Assembly (NCBI GenBank): GCA_964657595.1
Contig: CAZZVR010000001.1
Coordinates: 17,580-81,579 of the forward strand
Direction: 5' to 3'
DNA: 64,000 bases
Source: Burkholderia sp. PAMC 26561
Lineage (GTDB): Bacteria; Actinomycetota; Thermoleophilia; Solirubrobacterales; Solirubrobacteraceae
Part shown: positions 19,527 through 30,709 of the stretch, piece after piece
Layout: every line of letters starts with the position of its first letter
Numbering within the stretch: the stretch's first letter is position 1
Position numbers and translations under genes: made by a program
The notes under the pieces: model-generated
Databases searched by the model: none
Told to the model about the DNA's origin: nothing
What the model saw: the letters and a program-made list of their open reading frames with translations, nothing else

Positions 19527-20774
19527 TTACGGGGCGAAGAGGTCCGGGCCGAGCTCGTCAATCCCGGCGCGCCCGGAGAGTGCGAGGGCGATGTCTAACT
19601 CTCGACGCAGGATCTCGAGCACGTCAGCGACACCCGCCCGGCCGTCAACGGCCAGTCCCCACCAGTAGGGTCGTCCGATCAACACGGCCCGAGCACCAAG
19701 CGCGAGCGCTCTGAGCACGTCGACCCCGCGGCGGACACCACCGTCCAACAGGATCTCCAGATGGTTTGGCGATCCAGCGATGACCTTGGGAAGTGCCCTG
19801 ATCGACGCCTCGACCCCGTCCAGCTGCCGGCCGCCATGGTTCGAGACGATGATGCCGTCGGCGCCGGCATCGGCGGCCCGGGTCGCGTCAGCTGCCGTCA
19901 GGATGCCCTTGACCACCAGCTTGTGGGGCCAGATTTGGCGCAGCCACGACAGCTCTGACCAGGTTTGGGCGGGATTCGTCAGCTTCGTGTTCGCATAGGT
20001 CATCAGCGCCATCCCGTTCCCGTCCGGGATGACACCCTCGAAGTTCTTGAATGTGATCTCGGGACCCGAGAACAGATGCGCGACCCACCACGGATGCCGC
20101 GCCCCCTCATACAGGTTGCGCAGCGTGTACTGCGGAGGCACCCCCATCCCATTGGCCAGATCGCGCTCCCGGACGCCGACGAGCGGAACGTCGACGGTGA
20201 TGACGAGAGTCGTGTATCCGGCCACCCGGGCCCGGTCCACGAGCCGCTCGACGACGTTGCGGTCGCTCCAGAGATACAGCTGAAACCACAGCGGGCCAGA
20301 CGCCGCACGAGCGATCTCCTCGACGGAGAACGCTGACGCGGAGCTGGCGACGTAGACCGTGCCGGCGTCACCCGCACCGGCCGCGGCCTCGAGGTCGCCA
20401 GCCCGATGAACCAGTCGCTGCATCCCGGTGGGTGCCAAGATCACCGGCAGACTCAGCTCGTCACCCAGAACCGTCCTCGCGGTGTTGCGCTGACTGACAT
20501 CGACGAGGGTTCTCGGGTAGATCGGACGCTCGCGGAACGCCGCTTCGTTCTCCTGCATTGTCACTTCGTCGCCCGCCGCGCCGGCGACGAAGTCATAGAT
20601 GAACCGCGGAAGACGCCGCCGTGCCAGCCGCTCATAGGCTCGAACCGACTGAGGCGGCGTCGGTTTCAGGCCCGCGACCCGGTCAGACAACTGCACGGCG
20701 AGACCGTATCGCCGAACCAGGTGGATGTCAATGCTGTCGTTGACGCTGCGACGGTCCTCGCAAAGTTGCGTCAA
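19527..20774 (-). CDS. FMN-dependent alpha-hydroxy acid oxidase/dehydrogenase
   Basis: WFQLY, TVD...R, SNHGGRQLD, DGGVRRG; true start probably 20-30 codons downstream. Confidence 0.9.
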   Translation of the reverse strand: MTQLCEDRRSVNDSIDIHLVRRYGLAVQLSDRVAGLKPTPPQSVRAYERLARRRLPRFIYDFVAGAAGDEVTMQENEAAFRERPIYPRTLVDVSQRNTARTVLGDELSLPVILAPTGMQRLVHRAGDLEAAAGAGDAGTVYVASSASAFSVEEIARAASGPLWFQLYLWSDRNVVERLVDRARVAGYTTLVITVDVPLVGVRERDLANGMGVPPQYTLRNLYEGARHPWWVAHLFSGPEITFKNFEGVIPDGNGMALMTYANTKLTNPAQTWSELSWLRQIWPHKLVVKGILTAADATRAADAGADGIIVSNHGGRQLDGVEASIRALPKVIAGSPNHLEILLDGGVRRGVDVLRALALGARAVLIGRPYWWGLAVDGRAGVADVLEILRRELDIALALSGRAGIDELGPDLFAP

Positions 20775-21014
20775 TGATCAATTTGACAAGCGCGCGCAGC
20801 TGCGTCAAGCTCGCGTCAACGAGCGTGTGGATGAGCCGCCCGGGTCGTGTTGGGGCTCCGTTCGGCGACACTGTCGACGCTCAAAGCTAACGTTTGTTTT
20901 TGCGGGAGAAGTGAGATATTCTGCCCACCCGAGGTCGTCGGATTAGGGACCCGGCGAAATGGTTAATCGCACCGTCCGGCCCATCGGGGCGACGGATGAG
21001 GAGAGAGGTTTTTC

Positions 21015-22169
21015 GTGAAAATTTCGACGCAATGGCAGCGCTGTACGCTCGCCGTGCTGGTGGCCGTGGGTGCCGCGGTCATGCTGGCCGCCTGTGGCTC
21101 CAGTTCCAGCTCCCCCGCAAGCAGCTCCAGCTCAGGGGGCTCAACCAGCGCCAGTGGCACGTCCAAGGTCGTCTCCACAGCCAAGGCGGCGATCGCGTCC
21201 TACACCAAGGCACCGACGGCCATCGCGCCAACCGTGCCGATCACCAAGGCGATTCCAAAAGGCAAGACGATCGTCTACGTGAACTGCGGGGCGACGGCAT
21301 GCACGACCGCCGGGGACGCCCTCACCGCTGCCGCGAAGTACCTCGGCTGGAACGTGAAGGACATCGAAGCCGTCCCGACCCCGCAGGGGATCCAGAACGC
21401 ATTCGCTGCAGCCATCAGGATCCATCCTGCCGCCGTCCTCTCCGCTGGATTTGGAAGTACGCAATACCCCGAGCAGCTCAAGCAGCTCAACGCATTGAAG
21501 ATCCCGGTGCTGTCGGAGACCGGCACTGACAACACGGGCCAGAACGGCATTACATTGCAGATTCTGCCCGTCAGCGCAACTGAGAAGGCCGGCCGGATCC
21601 TCGCGAATCAGGCAATCGTCACCAGCGGCGGCTCGGGCACCATCGGGGTCGTTCAGCTCTCGGGCTACCCGAGTCAGACGTTCCTGGCCAACGCCTTCAC
21701 CAGCGAGATCAAGAGCAAGTGCCCAGCCTGCACCACCAAGACCCTGCCCGTGACTCCCTCCGACATCGGGACCACGGCAGCGTCGAAGATCTCCAGCTGG
21801 CTGGTGGCGAACCCGACCATCAAGCAGGTGTTTTTCACCTACGACGCGCTGGCCGTTGGCTTGCCAGCCGCGGTCAAGGGCACCGGGGGCGCCTACCCTG
21901 ACACGTACTCCTGGGCGCCCGACCAGACCGGCGTCGAGGCGCTTCAAATCGGGCAGCGTACCGCCTCAATCCCGCTCTGTTACAACGAGGTCGGCTACCA
22001 GTGGGCTGACGCTCTGGCCCGCATCTTCACGGGCATGCCGATCACCCCGGACGAGGGCTTCCAGCACTTCGTGATCTGGGGAAAGCAATACAACAACGTT
22101 CCAACGTCGACGGCCGACCCGGCCTGTGACGCGAACTATCAGAAGCAGTTCGAGGCGCTCTGGAAGTAG
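21015..22169 (+). CDS. CUT2-type ABC substrate-binding lipoprotein 1
   Basis: Lipobox LAAC, Ser-rich linker, periplasmic-binding-protein-like body. Confidence 0.85.
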   Translation: MKISTQWQRCTLAVLVAVGAAVMLAACGSSSSSPASSSSSGGSTSASGTSKVVSTAKAAIASYTKAPTAIAPTVPITKAIPKGKTIVYVNCGATACTTAGDALTAAAKYLGWNVKDIEAVPTPQGIQNAFAAAIRIHPAAVLSAGFGSTQYPEQLKQLNALKIPVLSETGTDNTGQNGITLQILPVSATEKAGRILANQAIVTSGGSGTIGVVQLSGYPSQTFLANAFTSEIKSKCPACTTKTLPVTPSDIGTTAASKISSWLVANPTIKQVFFTYDALAVGLPAAVKGTGGAYPDTYSWAPDQTGVEALQIGQRTASIPLCYNEVGYQWADALARIFTGMPITPDEGFQHFVIWGKQYNNVPTSTADPACDANYQKQFEALWK

Positions 22170-22304
22170 CCACGGGCGTGAACATCGGTCGCGGTACGCG
22201 ACCGAGTCATTTTCTCCGCAGGCACGCTCCTGCACTTGTGGTGACTCCGGGCCCAGCCCGCCCTGGCACCACACACAACACAGAGGAAGAGGAGCAGGTA
22301 CCCA

Positions 22305-23489
22305 ATGTCGCATTTCTCGTTCATGTCATGGCGCCGCCCCGCGGTGCTGATCACGGCGGTGATAGCCGCCGTAGCCATCGCTGCGTGCGGGAGCAGTTCA
22401 AAGAGTTCGGGTAGCTCGAGCACCTCAGGCGGCTCGAGCGGCACAAGCAGCTCAGCGTCGTCCCCGGGCCTGGCCCAGGCCAAGGCACTGCTTGCTCCGG
22501 ACCTCAAGGATCCGACTTCAGTCGGCATCACCAAGCCGATCGGCAAGTCGATTCCCACCGGGAAGAAGATCGTCATCGTCAGCTGCGGCCAGGAGGGCTG
22601 CGTCGACGCGATCAACGCGTTCAAGTCGGCCGCGACGCTGCTTGGCTGGAGCGTGACGGTGCTGACACCGGCGCAGCCGACGCCCCAGCTGATCCAGGCC
22701 GACTTCACCCAGGCAGTCAATCTGCATCCGGACGCCGTCGTGGATACGGCACTCCCCTTGGTCACTTTCCAGCGGCAGGCAAACGAACTCAAGGCCAAGG
22801 GCATCCCGCTGATCTCACTGTACGGCCCTGACCCGACCGGCGGTCCGATCACCATCCAGATCTTCGGGACCGACGGGAACAGCGAAGACGCCAAGGCAGC
22901 GGCCGTGAAGACTGTCCTCGACATCGGGGACAAGGGCACCGTCGGTACGGTCATTCTCAGCGGCTACACCGTGATCGCCGACTTCGTCGGTGTGTACAGC
23001 GCCGAGGTGAAGAAGCTCTGCCCGGACTGCAACATCAAATCGATCACGATCCTGCCGTCCTCCATCGGGTCAACCGACGGAACATCCATCGTCAACTTCG
23101 TCCGAGCGAACCCCAGCATGAGTGCTCTGCTCCTCGGCTACGACGGCGTCGGCGGAGACCTACTCACGGCGGCCAAATCGGCCGGTCTGACACTGCCGAA
23201 GACCTACTCGATCGCAACGACGATCCCCGGTCTCGCATTGACAAAAGCCGGCGAACGTACAGCCACGGTACCTACCGACTACGACGAGAACGGGTGGCTG
23301 CTCGCCGACGCTCTGGCCCGGATCTTCACCGGGCAGACGGCGAGCGCGCTCGCAGTCGACCGGACCTACCCCCATCCGGTGGTCTGGTCGGCCGCGTACC
23401 ACAACATCCCCGCCAGCGCAGCGAACGTCTTCCCGCCGACGGTGGCGACTTACCAGGCCCAGTTCAAAAAGCTGTGGGGCAAGGGCTGA
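22305..23489 (+). CDS. CUT2-type ABC substrate-binding lipoprotein 2
   Basis: Lipobox IAAC; paralog of 21015. Confidence 0.85.
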   Translation: MSHFSFMSWRRPAVLITAVIAAVAIAACGSSSKSSGSSSTSGGSSGTSSSASSPGLAQAKALLAPDLKDPTSVGITKPIGKSIPTGKKIVIVSCGQEGCVDAINAFKSAATLLGWSVTVLTPAQPTPQLIQADFTQAVNLHPDAVVDTALPLVTFQRQANELKAKGIPLISLYGPDPTGGPITIQIFGTDGNSEDAKAAAVKTVLDIGDKGTVGTVILSGYTVIADFVGVYSAEVKKLCPDCNIKSITILPSSIGSTDGTSIVNFVRANPSMSALLLGYDGVGGDLLTAAKSAGLTLPKTYSIATTIPGLALTKAGERTATVPTDYDENGWLLADALARIFTGQTASALAVDRTYPHPVVWSAAYHNIPASAANVFPPTVATYQAQFKKLWGKG

Positions 23490-23598
23490 CGGATCGGGCA
23501 CGACGAATGACGCGTCTTCATCCGAGACCGACTGCAGCATCGAAGAGGACGCGGGCATCACAGCCCGCGCCCTTCGGAGTCGAGGGGAGGTATCCGCA

Positions 23599-24687
23599 AT
23601 GAGCACGACAGGTAGAGCCGCGGTTCTGGTTGAGCCGAACCGATTGGAGACGTGGGAGGTGCCAGTCACAGATCCCGAGCCTGGCGGCGTTCTCGTCAGG
23701 GTGGTCATCGGTGGCGTGTGTGGCAGCGACAAGCACATCCTCACCGGCGAGGCGGGGATCATGCCCTTCCCCATCATCCTCGGGCATGAGGGCATCGGCC
23801 GCATCGAGAAGCTGGGATCAGGAGTGTTCAGGGACTACGCCAGCGTCGAGGTCAGCGAGGGTGATCTTGTCTACTGGGCCCCCAGCGCACTCTGTGGTCA
23901 CTGTTACAACTGCACGATTCTCGACGCACCGCCGTGTGAGAACTCAGAGTTCTTCGAGCATGCTGAGCGACCCAACTGGGGAAGTTACGCGGACTACGCC
24001 TGGCTGCCTCGTGGAATGGCGTTCTTTCGCCTACCGGATCACGCCCGACCCGAGGCTCTGGCCGCGCTGGGTTGCGCCCTCCCCACCGCCCTGGGCGGCT
24101 ATGAACAGGTCGCCCCGATTCAGGTCGGCGACACGGTAGTCGTGCAGGGGGCCGGACCCGTGGGACTCTCGGCAGTCCTGATCGCCGCGGTCGCGGGCGC
24201 CGCCGAGATCATCGTGATCGACCGCCGTGAACAGCGGCGGGAGGTGGCCATGGCGCTGGGCGCCACGCACACGATCTCCCGAGCTCAGTTCGATGAACCG
24301 CAACGGCGCGAGATGATCTACGACATCGTCGGGCCACACGGCCCGAACATCGTCGTCGAAGCTGCGGGCGCGCTGTCGGCCTTTCCCGAGGGCGTGGCGC
24401 TCACCGGCGAATACGGTCGGTACGTCGTGCTGGGACTCTGGGGGGAGATCGGCACCTCGACGCTGTCACCGCGGGATCTCACGACGCGGAACGTCACGAT
24501 CGGCGGCGCCACGTTCGCCAAGCACAAGCACTACTACCGAGCGATGAAGCTCGCGGCACAGGTACAGGACCGGTATCCGCTCGCTGACCTGATCACACAT
24601 CGGTTTGCTGTCACCGACGCGGCGGAGGCGTTGGAGACGATCGGAACGCCCGACGCCATCAAGGCGATCATCGATCCCACCCTCTGA
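23599..24687 (+). CDS. camD: Zn-dependent alcohol dehydrogenase, 5-exo-hydroxycamphor dehydrogenase (CamD)-like
   Basis: CGSD, GHE, GAGPVG; long stretches (MPFPIILGHEGIGRIEKLG, PNWGSYAD, PEALAALGCALPT, SPRDLT, QDRYPLADLIT) match P. putida CamD as recalled. Confidence 0.8.
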   Translation: MSTTGRAAVLVEPNRLETWEVPVTDPEPGGVLVRVVIGGVCGSDKHILTGEAGIMPFPIILGHEGIGRIEKLGSGVFRDYASVEVSEGDLVYWAPSALCGHCYNCTILDAPPCENSEFFEHAERPNWGSYADYAWLPRGMAFFRLPDHARPEALAALGCALPTALGGYEQVAPIQVGDTVVVQGAGPVGLSAVLIAAVAGAAEIIVIDRREQRREVAMALGATHTISRAQFDEPQRREMIYDIVGPHGPNIVVEAAGALSAFPEGVALTGEYGRYVVLGLWGEIGTSTLSPRDLTTRNVTIGGATFAKHKHYYRAMKLAAQVQDRYPLADLITHRFAVTDAAEALETIGTPDAIKAIIDPTL

Positions 24688-24719
24688 ACCGTGGGCCGTG
24701 GTACTTGAGCACCACCAGC

Positions 24720-26120
24720 TCAGGCGAAGATCTTGCCCGGGTTGAGGATGCCGTTTGGATCGAGCTGCTGCTTGATTCCGCGCATGATCGGGAGTGCGTC
24801 GCCATGTTCCCACTCCAGGTACTTCGTCTTCCCCATCCCGATCCCGTGCTCGCCGCTGCAGGTTCCACCGCGAGCCAGACAGTCGGCCACGATCTCATCG
24901 TTAGCGGCGCGGTAGCGGGCAACGTCCTCAGGATCATCGTCGTCGATGGCGAACAGCACGTGGTAGTTGCCGTCGCCGACGTGCCCAAGCACCTGTGGTT
25001 CGAGGCCGAGGTTCTGCATGATCGCTCGCGCAGCTCGGACGGCGCCCGGTAGCTGTGATAGCGGCACACAGGTATCGGTGCTCTTGATCGTCTTTCCCTT
25101 GTTCGCCTCAATGACGGCAAAGGTGACGTCGTGCCGAGCTGCCCATAGGCGCGTGCGCTGGGTCGGGTTGCTTGACTCGTCAAACGACACGAGTCCAAAG
25201 CCCTCCGCGATCTCGCGCGTCGACTCCAGATCTCCCTCGACCCCCGCCCGGGTGCCGGCGAGCTCGATGAACAGATGGGGACACTCGGGCAGCGCCGTGT
25301 GCTTGAAGGTGTTGACCGCAACGATCGTGGCCCGATCGAGCAGCTCGACGCGGACAGCCTGAACGCCGGCTCCAACGATCGCCGCCGCGCAGGCGCAAGC
25401 ACCATCGAGATCCTTGAACGCGCATCGAATTGCCAACTGGTGGTCGGGAATCCCGTAGAGCCGCAGCGTTGCCTCGGTGATGACGCCGAGCGTGCCCTCC
25501 GAGCCGATCAGCAACTGGGCGAGGTTGTAGCCGGCCGAGGACTTCATCGTCCGAGACCCGAACCGCACGATGCTGCCGTCCGCAAGGACGGCTTCCAGCT
25601 CGAGCACGTTCTGGCGCATCGAGCCGTAGCGGACCGTCGTCGTCCCGCTTGCATTGGTGGCGGCCATTCCGCCGATCGTCGCGTCAGCCCCGGGGTCAAC
25701 GGGGAACCAGAGGCCGTGCTTGGCCGCCGCGCGCTCGAGCGTCATCCGGAGGACGCCAGCACCAACCGTCGCCTGCAGATCCCCGGGACGGATCTCGATA
25801 TCGGTCAACCCCGAGAGGTCCAGGCAGATTCCGCCGGCCAGCGGCACGGTATGGCCCTCGTTGCTCGAACCCGCGCCAAAAGCGACCACCGGGATGAGAT
25901 GCTCATTGGCGTACGCGAGCACCGCACTGACCTCCTCTCGTGTGTGCACGTAGACGACGACATCAGGCAGGTGGCCCAGGAAGTGGCCCATGTAGGGCTC
26001 GCCGTGCAACCGTCGGTCGGAATCGCCGACAGTGAGCTTTCCCCCATCAGTCAGGAGCTCACCCAACTCGTCGGCGAGCCTTGCGAGGGCAGTGTCGCTC
26101 AGCACGGCTTCGCGGCTCAT
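24720..26120 (-). CDS. FAD-linked oxidase, D-2-hydroxyacid dehydrogenase/GlcD-like
   Basis: [38 protein letters not shown]. Confidence 0.9.
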   Translation of the reverse strand: MSREAVLSDTALARLADELGELLTDGGKLTVGDSDRRLHGEPYMGHFLGHLPDVVVYVHTREEVSAVLAYANEHLIPVVAFGAGSSNEGHTVPLAGGICLDLSGLTDIEIRPGDLQATVGAGVLRMTLERAAAKHGLWFPVDPGADATIGGMAATNASGTTTVRYGSMRQNVLELEAVLADGSIVRFGSRTMKSSAGYNLAQLLIGSEGTLGVITEATLRLYGIPDHQLAIRCAFKDLDGACACAAAIVGAGVQAVRVELLDRATIVAVNTFKHTALPECPHLFIELAGTRAGVEGDLESTREIAEGFGLVSFDESSNPTQRTRLWAARHDVTFAVIEANKGKTIKSTDTCVPLSQLPGAVRAARAIMQNLGLEPQVLGHVGDGNYHVLFAIDDDDPEDVARYRAANDEIVADCLARGGTCSGEHGIGMGKTKYLEWEHGDALPIMRGIKQQLDPNGILNPGKIFA

Positions 26121-26893
26121 GGCGTGACCGGGGACATCATGTCGATGGCGGCCAAGGCCTGGTGGGGGAAGCCGAGGATCTGGTTCTCGTGCACGAGACG
26201 ATCGATCTCCCGCTTCATCAAGATGCGCGTGTACCGAATGGCGAGATCGGTCTTTCCAGCGATCTGCCGGGCGAAATGACGCGCACGCTCGAGCACCTGT
26301 TCGGGCGGCAGAACCTCGTTGACGACCCCGAGCGCGAGCGCCTGCTCCGCATCGAGCGTCTGGCCTGTGAGCAGGAAGAAGCGTCCCCGATTCATCCCCA
26401 ACAGCAAGGGCCAGATGAACTGCACGCCGTCCCCGGGAACGATGCCGGACGGGAAGTGAGGGCCGTCCTGGAAGGAGGCGGTGGTCGAGGCGATGGTGAT
26501 ATCCGACAGGATCGGGATCTCCGGATGGATGGTCGCCGGACCGTTGATGGCAGCGATCACGGGAACCTCGATGTCGAGCAGATTGCGAACCAGCCGGCGA
26601 CCCTCGAAGGCGATGTGCGCCCAGTCCCGCGGCGACGACAGACCGAAGCTCGTGAAGTCGATCTCGTCGCAGAAGTTGGCCCCAGTGCCCGCGAGTACGA
26701 CAACCCGGTTCTGTCGGTCAGCGGCGACATCGGCGAACGCATAGGCCAGCTCGTCGTGCGCGTTGGCGGTCCAGATCAGGCTGTCGCCGTCAGTGTGGAA
26801 GGTCATCTCGAGAATGCCCTCGTCATCTCTTTGAAAGCGGATGTTCTGATACTTCTGCCGGTACTCCTCCAATGGGGGGGCCAGAATCTCCAT
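26117..26893 (-). CDS. Crotonase-fold beta-diketone hydrolase, 6-oxocamphor hydrolase (CamK)-like
   Basis: AHDELAY, EIDFTSF, HPEIP and [16 protein letters not shown] match Rhodococcus CamK as recalled. Confidence 0.82.
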   Translation of the reverse strand: MEILAPPLEEYRQKYQNIRFQRDDEGILEMTFHTDGDSLIWTANAHDELAYAFADVAADRQNRVVVLAGTGANFCDEIDFTSFGLSSPRDWAHIAFEGRRLVRNLLDIEVPVIAAINGPATIHPEIPILSDITIASTTASFQDGPHFPSGIVPGDGVQFIWPLLLGMNRGRFFLLTGQTLDAEQALALGVVNEVLPPEQVLERARHFARQIAGKTDLAIRYTRILMKREIDRLVHENQILGFPHQALAAIDMMSPVTP

Positions 26894-26911
26894 ATCACTC
26901 TCTCCGTTGGT

Positions 26912-27991
26912 CTAGTTTCGGCCTGCGCCGACGGCTGAATCAAGTTGTGCGGCGAGGAGCCGTTCGTGGTCGATGCCGTCCCCGAAGCGGCGTTCGCACT
27001 CGAGCACGCGCCGCTGAAGCAGGTGCGCGTCATGCAGCCATGTGAATCCGATGCCCCCGAACACCTGCAGTGCACCTTCGACGATCTCCCGTGCCGAGCG
27101 GCATGCGTAGGCCTTGGCCACCGACGCGGCCAGCGGCCCGTCCTCCAGATCCTCCTCGAGCGCGGCCGAGGCGTACAGGACCGTCGACCAGCTCGTCTCC
27201 CGGCGAACGAGCATGTCGGCAAGCAGATGTTGCAACGCCTGGTTGGAGCCGATGGACCTCCCGAACTGCTGTCGCTCCTTCGCGTAGTCGACCGCCATCT
27301 CGAGCGCACGAGTCGCCGCTCCTAAAGCCTCGGCCGCGGTGGCCACCGCACCGATTGCAAAGGCCCGGGCGAGCACGGTTGGATCGCGCGTGAGGACGCT
27401 GTCGACCGGGGTTCGATCGAACGTCACCACACACGCACCGGCGCTCGGATCCAGACCGGGGGACGCCGTGATGGCGCATCCCTCGGCGTGGGGGGAAAGC
27501 AGAACCACCGCCGGTTCCGCATCCAGCATCGCGTACACGGCGAGGCGGTCACACGCGGCGGCTTGATGGACGGCCAGCTTTGTGCCGGTCACGCGCAGCA
27601 GAGCTCCATCGGCGACCGCCTGGGTGTCACAAGCGTCCGACATCCACCCCGCGTTTGACTCCAGCACGGCGAGCGCACAGCTCACCTCCGCTTCCTCCCC
27701 TGTCATCCCAGAGGCGAGCCGCAGGCTGACCGCAGAGTCGACGAGCAGCGTGGGTGCTGCGTGATATCCGACTTCCGCGGCGAGGAGACAGAGCCCGGGC
27801 AGCCCGAACGGATCATCCCGGTCGATCCCGACGCTGTGCCAGCCGAGTTCGGCGATCTCGCGGATCAGCGGGGCGGGGTCACCGACGCCATCAAGCTGCG
27901 CCCGGGCGCTGCCAAGGTCGCCACGCCCGCCGAGCAGCTTGCGCGCCTCGGCCTTCAGAGCAGACTGCTGGCGGTTGAGCTCGAGATCCAT
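26912..27991 (-). CDS. Acyl-CoA dehydrogenase, short (beta-type) subunit
   Basis: YAKERQQFGRSIGSNQALQH, QVFGGIGFTW. Confidence 0.88.
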   Translation of the reverse strand: MDLELNRQQSALKAEARKLLGGRGDLGSARAQLDGVGDPAPLIREIAELGWHSVGIDRDDPFGLPGLCLLAAEVGYHAAPTLLVDSAVSLRLASGMTGEEAEVSCALAVLESNAGWMSDACDTQAVADGALLRVTGTKLAVHQAAACDRLAVYAMLDAEPAVVLLSPHAEGCAITASPGLDPSAGACVVTFDRTPVDSVLTRDPTVLARAFAIGAVATAAEALGAATRALEMAVDYAKERQQFGRSIGSNQALQHLLADMLVRRETSWSTVLYASAALEEDLEDGPLAASVAKAYACRSAREIVEGALQVFGGIGFTWLHDAHLLQRRVLECERRFGDGIDHERLLAAQLDSAVGAGRN

Positions 27992-29169
27992 TAGGCACTC
28001 CGGGGTAGGTTCAGGATGCGCTGAGCGATGATGTTCTTCTGGATCTGACGGCTGCCGCCATAGACAGATGCAGCGCGTCCGTAGAGGTAGATCTGCTGCC
28101 AGACGGCGAGGTCACCGACGGACTCGTGCTCGGGCGCAGCGGCGTAGGGGCCGAGGACGTCGAGAATCGTCTCGGCAAGAACATGCTCGGTTTCACCGAG
28201 CATCACCTTGTCGATCGAGCTGTCGAAGCCGACGGTCCCCGAGGTGATCGTCCGGCCGACACTGTGGTAGGTCTGATGCTTGAGAACTTCCAGCTTGACC
28301 CGGGCTCGGGTGAGCGCCTGGCGAATCTCGGGCGACTCGATGGCCGGGAGTCCGTCACGGGGAATCGTCCTCGCGACATCAACCAGCCGATCGAGCATGA
28401 CGCTCAAGGTCGCCTGCCGCGTCACGGCGTAGGGACCGCGCTCATGAGCCAGGGTGTGCATGGCCAGACCCCAGCCTCCATTCAGATCCCCGAGGACGTT
28501 CTCACGGGGGACGAGGACGTCCTTGAAGAACACCTCGCCGAACTCGGCTTCGCCGGTGCTCATCACCAGCGGCCGGACCTCGACGCCCGGTGAGGTCATG
28601 TCGACAAGCAGGTAGGTGATGCCCTTGTGAGCCGGGGCATCGGGCGCGGTGCGGGCGAGGACTGCGCACCACTGTGCGTACTGCGCGTACGAGGTCCACA
28701 CCTTCTGCCCGCTGAGGCGGAAGTGATCGCCCTCATCCACCGCTCTCGTCCTCAGGGACGCCAGATCAGACCCGGCGTCCGGCTCTGAGAAACCCTGGCA
28801 CCAGATGTCCTCCGCGGTGAGGATGCGATGCAGGTAGGCGTCCTTCTGAGCCGCGGTTCCGTGCTGGATGATCGTCGGCCCGACGACGTCGACCCCGACG
28901 TAGCCCACCAGCTGGGGAACACGAGCGCGTGCCATCTCCGCGCCGGCGATGATCTGCTCGCTCAGCCCCAGGCCTCCGCCGTCGTACTCCGCCGGCCACG
29001 AGAGCCCAATCAGGCCCGCCCGATGGGCGTGGCGCTGCCATTCGCGCATATAGGCGACGTGGCCATCGAGATTGGTCGGTATCTCGCCGGGTTGTGGCGC
29101 ATGGTCGGCCAGGTAGGAGCGAATCCTCTCCTGTAACGCACGCTCGCTGTCGGTCAGGGACAGTCTCAT
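27991..29169 (-). CDS. Acyl-CoA dehydrogenase, long (alpha-type) subunit
   Basis: WCQGFSEPDAGSDLA, GQKVWTS, VYGGS; ATG 29169. Confidence 0.9.
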   Translation of the reverse strand: MRLSLTDSERALQERIRSYLADHAPQPGEIPTNLDGHVAYMREWQRHAHRAGLIGLSWPAEYDGGGLGLSEQIIAGAEMARARVPQLVGYVGVDVVGPTIIQHGTAAQKDAYLHRILTAEDIWCQGFSEPDAGSDLASLRTRAVDEGDHFRLSGQKVWTSYAQYAQWCAVLARTAPDAPAHKGITYLLVDMTSPGVEVRPLVMSTGEAEFGEVFFKDVLVPRENVLGDLNGGWGLAMHTLAHERGPYAVTRQATLSVMLDRLVDVARTIPRDGLPAIESPEIRQALTRARVKLEVLKHQTYHSVGRTITSGTVGFDSSIDKVMLGETEHVLAETILDVLGPYAAAPEHESVGDLAVWQQIYLYGRAASVYGGSRQIQKNIIAQRILNLPRSA

Positions 29170-30305
29170 GCTCGCTGCATGATCAACGTGGAGCAGTTCC
29201 CGCCGGCACCGAGGGCAAGGCTCATACCGGTTCGCGCCCCTGGGACCTGACGCGCCCCACAACGGCCTCGGAGCTGCTGGACGATCTCATACACCTGGCC
29301 CAGCGCAGAGGCGCCGACCGGCTCCCCTTTGGACAGCAGGCCGCCCGACGGGTTGACGGGGATCCGCCCGCCCAGACTGGTGGCACCGCTCTGCACGAGC
29401 TCTCCACCCGCCCCAACCTCACAGAGTCCGACCTGCTCGGTGGCAATGATCTCGCTGGACGAGTCGGTGTCCTGAAGCTCGAGCACATCGAGATCGCCTG
29501 GGCCGACGCCTGCCGACGCGTAGGCCTGATCGGCCGCGCGTTTCATCACGTGGGGAAGCGTCACCTCGCGAATCGGCGAGAAGGTCGGCATGTGCTCGCC
29601 GATCGCCTGATCGATAGCGGCCGTACCGAGACCCTGCCCCAACAGCTTCACCTCACCCTTCGCGGCGGGCCGGCCGGTGATCAGTGCGGCCGCGGCCCCC
29701 TCGTTCGGGCTACATAGCATGAGCAGTCGCAGCGGGTCGACGACCATCGGACTGGCGAGAATCTCCTCCAGCGACAGTTCCTTGCGATACATGGCCTTCT
29801 CGTTGTGCACCGAGTGGCGGTGGTTCTTGACCGCAACGAGCGCGAGCTGACGCTCGGTCGTACCGTGCTCATAGATGTGGCGCTGGGCACCCATGGCGAA
29901 CTGCGCGGGGTTCAGCGCGTGCCCGATCTGCTGGCGCCAGGGCTCGAAGAAATCCATGCGCATCGCCCCGCGCGGCATCTTCTCGATGCCGATTGCCATG
30001 ACCGTTCCGTAGGCGCCCGAGTCGACTGCCTGGCGGGCCATCTGGAGTGCCGCCCCCCCGGACGAGCACGCGTTCTCCACGTTGATGACGGGAATCCCCG
30101 TCCGGCCCATCAGGCTGGTCAGGCGTTGACCCGCCCCGGTGTGTGCATACATGTGGCCACAGAAGAGCGCATCCACGTGCTGCCAGGTCTCACCCGCGTC
30201 ACCGAGCGCCTCTTCGATCGCCTCGGCTCCGAGTTCCAGAGTGGACTTGTCGGCGAACCGGCCGAACGGGTGCATCCCGACTCCGCGAATGACGATGTCG
30301 CTCAT
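29166..30305 (-). CDS. SCP-x-type thiolase
   Basis: VENACSSG nucleophile, CSPNEGAAA, NPSGGLLSKGEP. Confidence 0.88.
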   Translation of the reverse strand: MSDIVIRGVGMHPFGRFADKSTLELGAEAIEEALGDAGETWQHVDALFCGHMYAHTGAGQRLTSLMGRTGIPVINVENACSSGGAALQMARQAVDSGAYGTVMAIGIEKMPRGAMRMDFFEPWRQQIGHALNPAQFAMGAQRHIYEHGTTERQLALVAVKNHRHSVHNEKAMYRKELSLEEILASPMVVDPLRLLMLCSPNEGAAAALITGRPAAKGEVKLLGQGLGTAAIDQAIGEHMPTFSPIREVTLPHVMKRAADQAYASAGVGPGDLDVLELQDTDSSSEIIATEQVGLCEVGAGGELVQSGATSLGGRIPVNPSGGLLSKGEPVGASALGQVYEIVQQLRGRCGARQVPGARTGMSLALGAGGNCSTLIMQRA

Positions 30306-30709
30306 GCGTCCTCCATCACATAGGCGTAGGAGAGCACCGGGCCCTCCTCGGTGTTCACCTCAAGCAGCTCAAAGTGCACGGGCGCACCGATGGACAGCGC
30401 CTCGATCGGGCTGGCCAGCAGGGTGCTGGCGACGCGGATACCGTCAGGGAGGTCGACGAGACCGATGCCGAAGGGAACCTCCCCGCTGTACCCAGGCGGG
30501 GGGAAACGGGCAATCGCAAAGCTGTAGATCGTGCCCGTCGTCGCCAGGTGGACCACCTCCGGGCCCTTCGTCCCGCAGAACGGACAGTAGGACTCTGCCG
30601 GGAAGGAGAGGGAGGTACACGACAGACAGCGACCACCAAGAAGGGCGGGAGGGGCCACGCTGATCAGCTGGTCGCGGACAGCCGCCAGCCTGCTCACTTC
30701 GGTGTTCAT
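30302..30709 (-). CDS. DUF35 Zn-ribbon/OB-fold protein
   Basis: CxxC...FP...CPxC plus OB-fold. Confidence 0.88.
   Translation of the reverse strand: MNTEVSRLAAVRDQLISVAPPALLGGRCLSCTSLSFPAESYCPFCGTKGPEVVHLATTGTIYSFAIARFPPPGYSGEVPFGIGLVDLPDGIRVASTLLASPIEALSIGAPVHFELLEVNTEEGPVLSYAYVMEDA

Noticed and set aside
19527-20774. Second mftD
   Set aside because: Has canonical HGGRQ and FQLY hydroxy-acid oxidase motifs rather than the HGGNN of MftD.
21090-21160. Ser/Gly-rich repeats in binding-protein genes (also near 22390-22460 and 38340-38430)
   Set aside because: Ordinary lipoprotein tether linkers, not repeat arrays.
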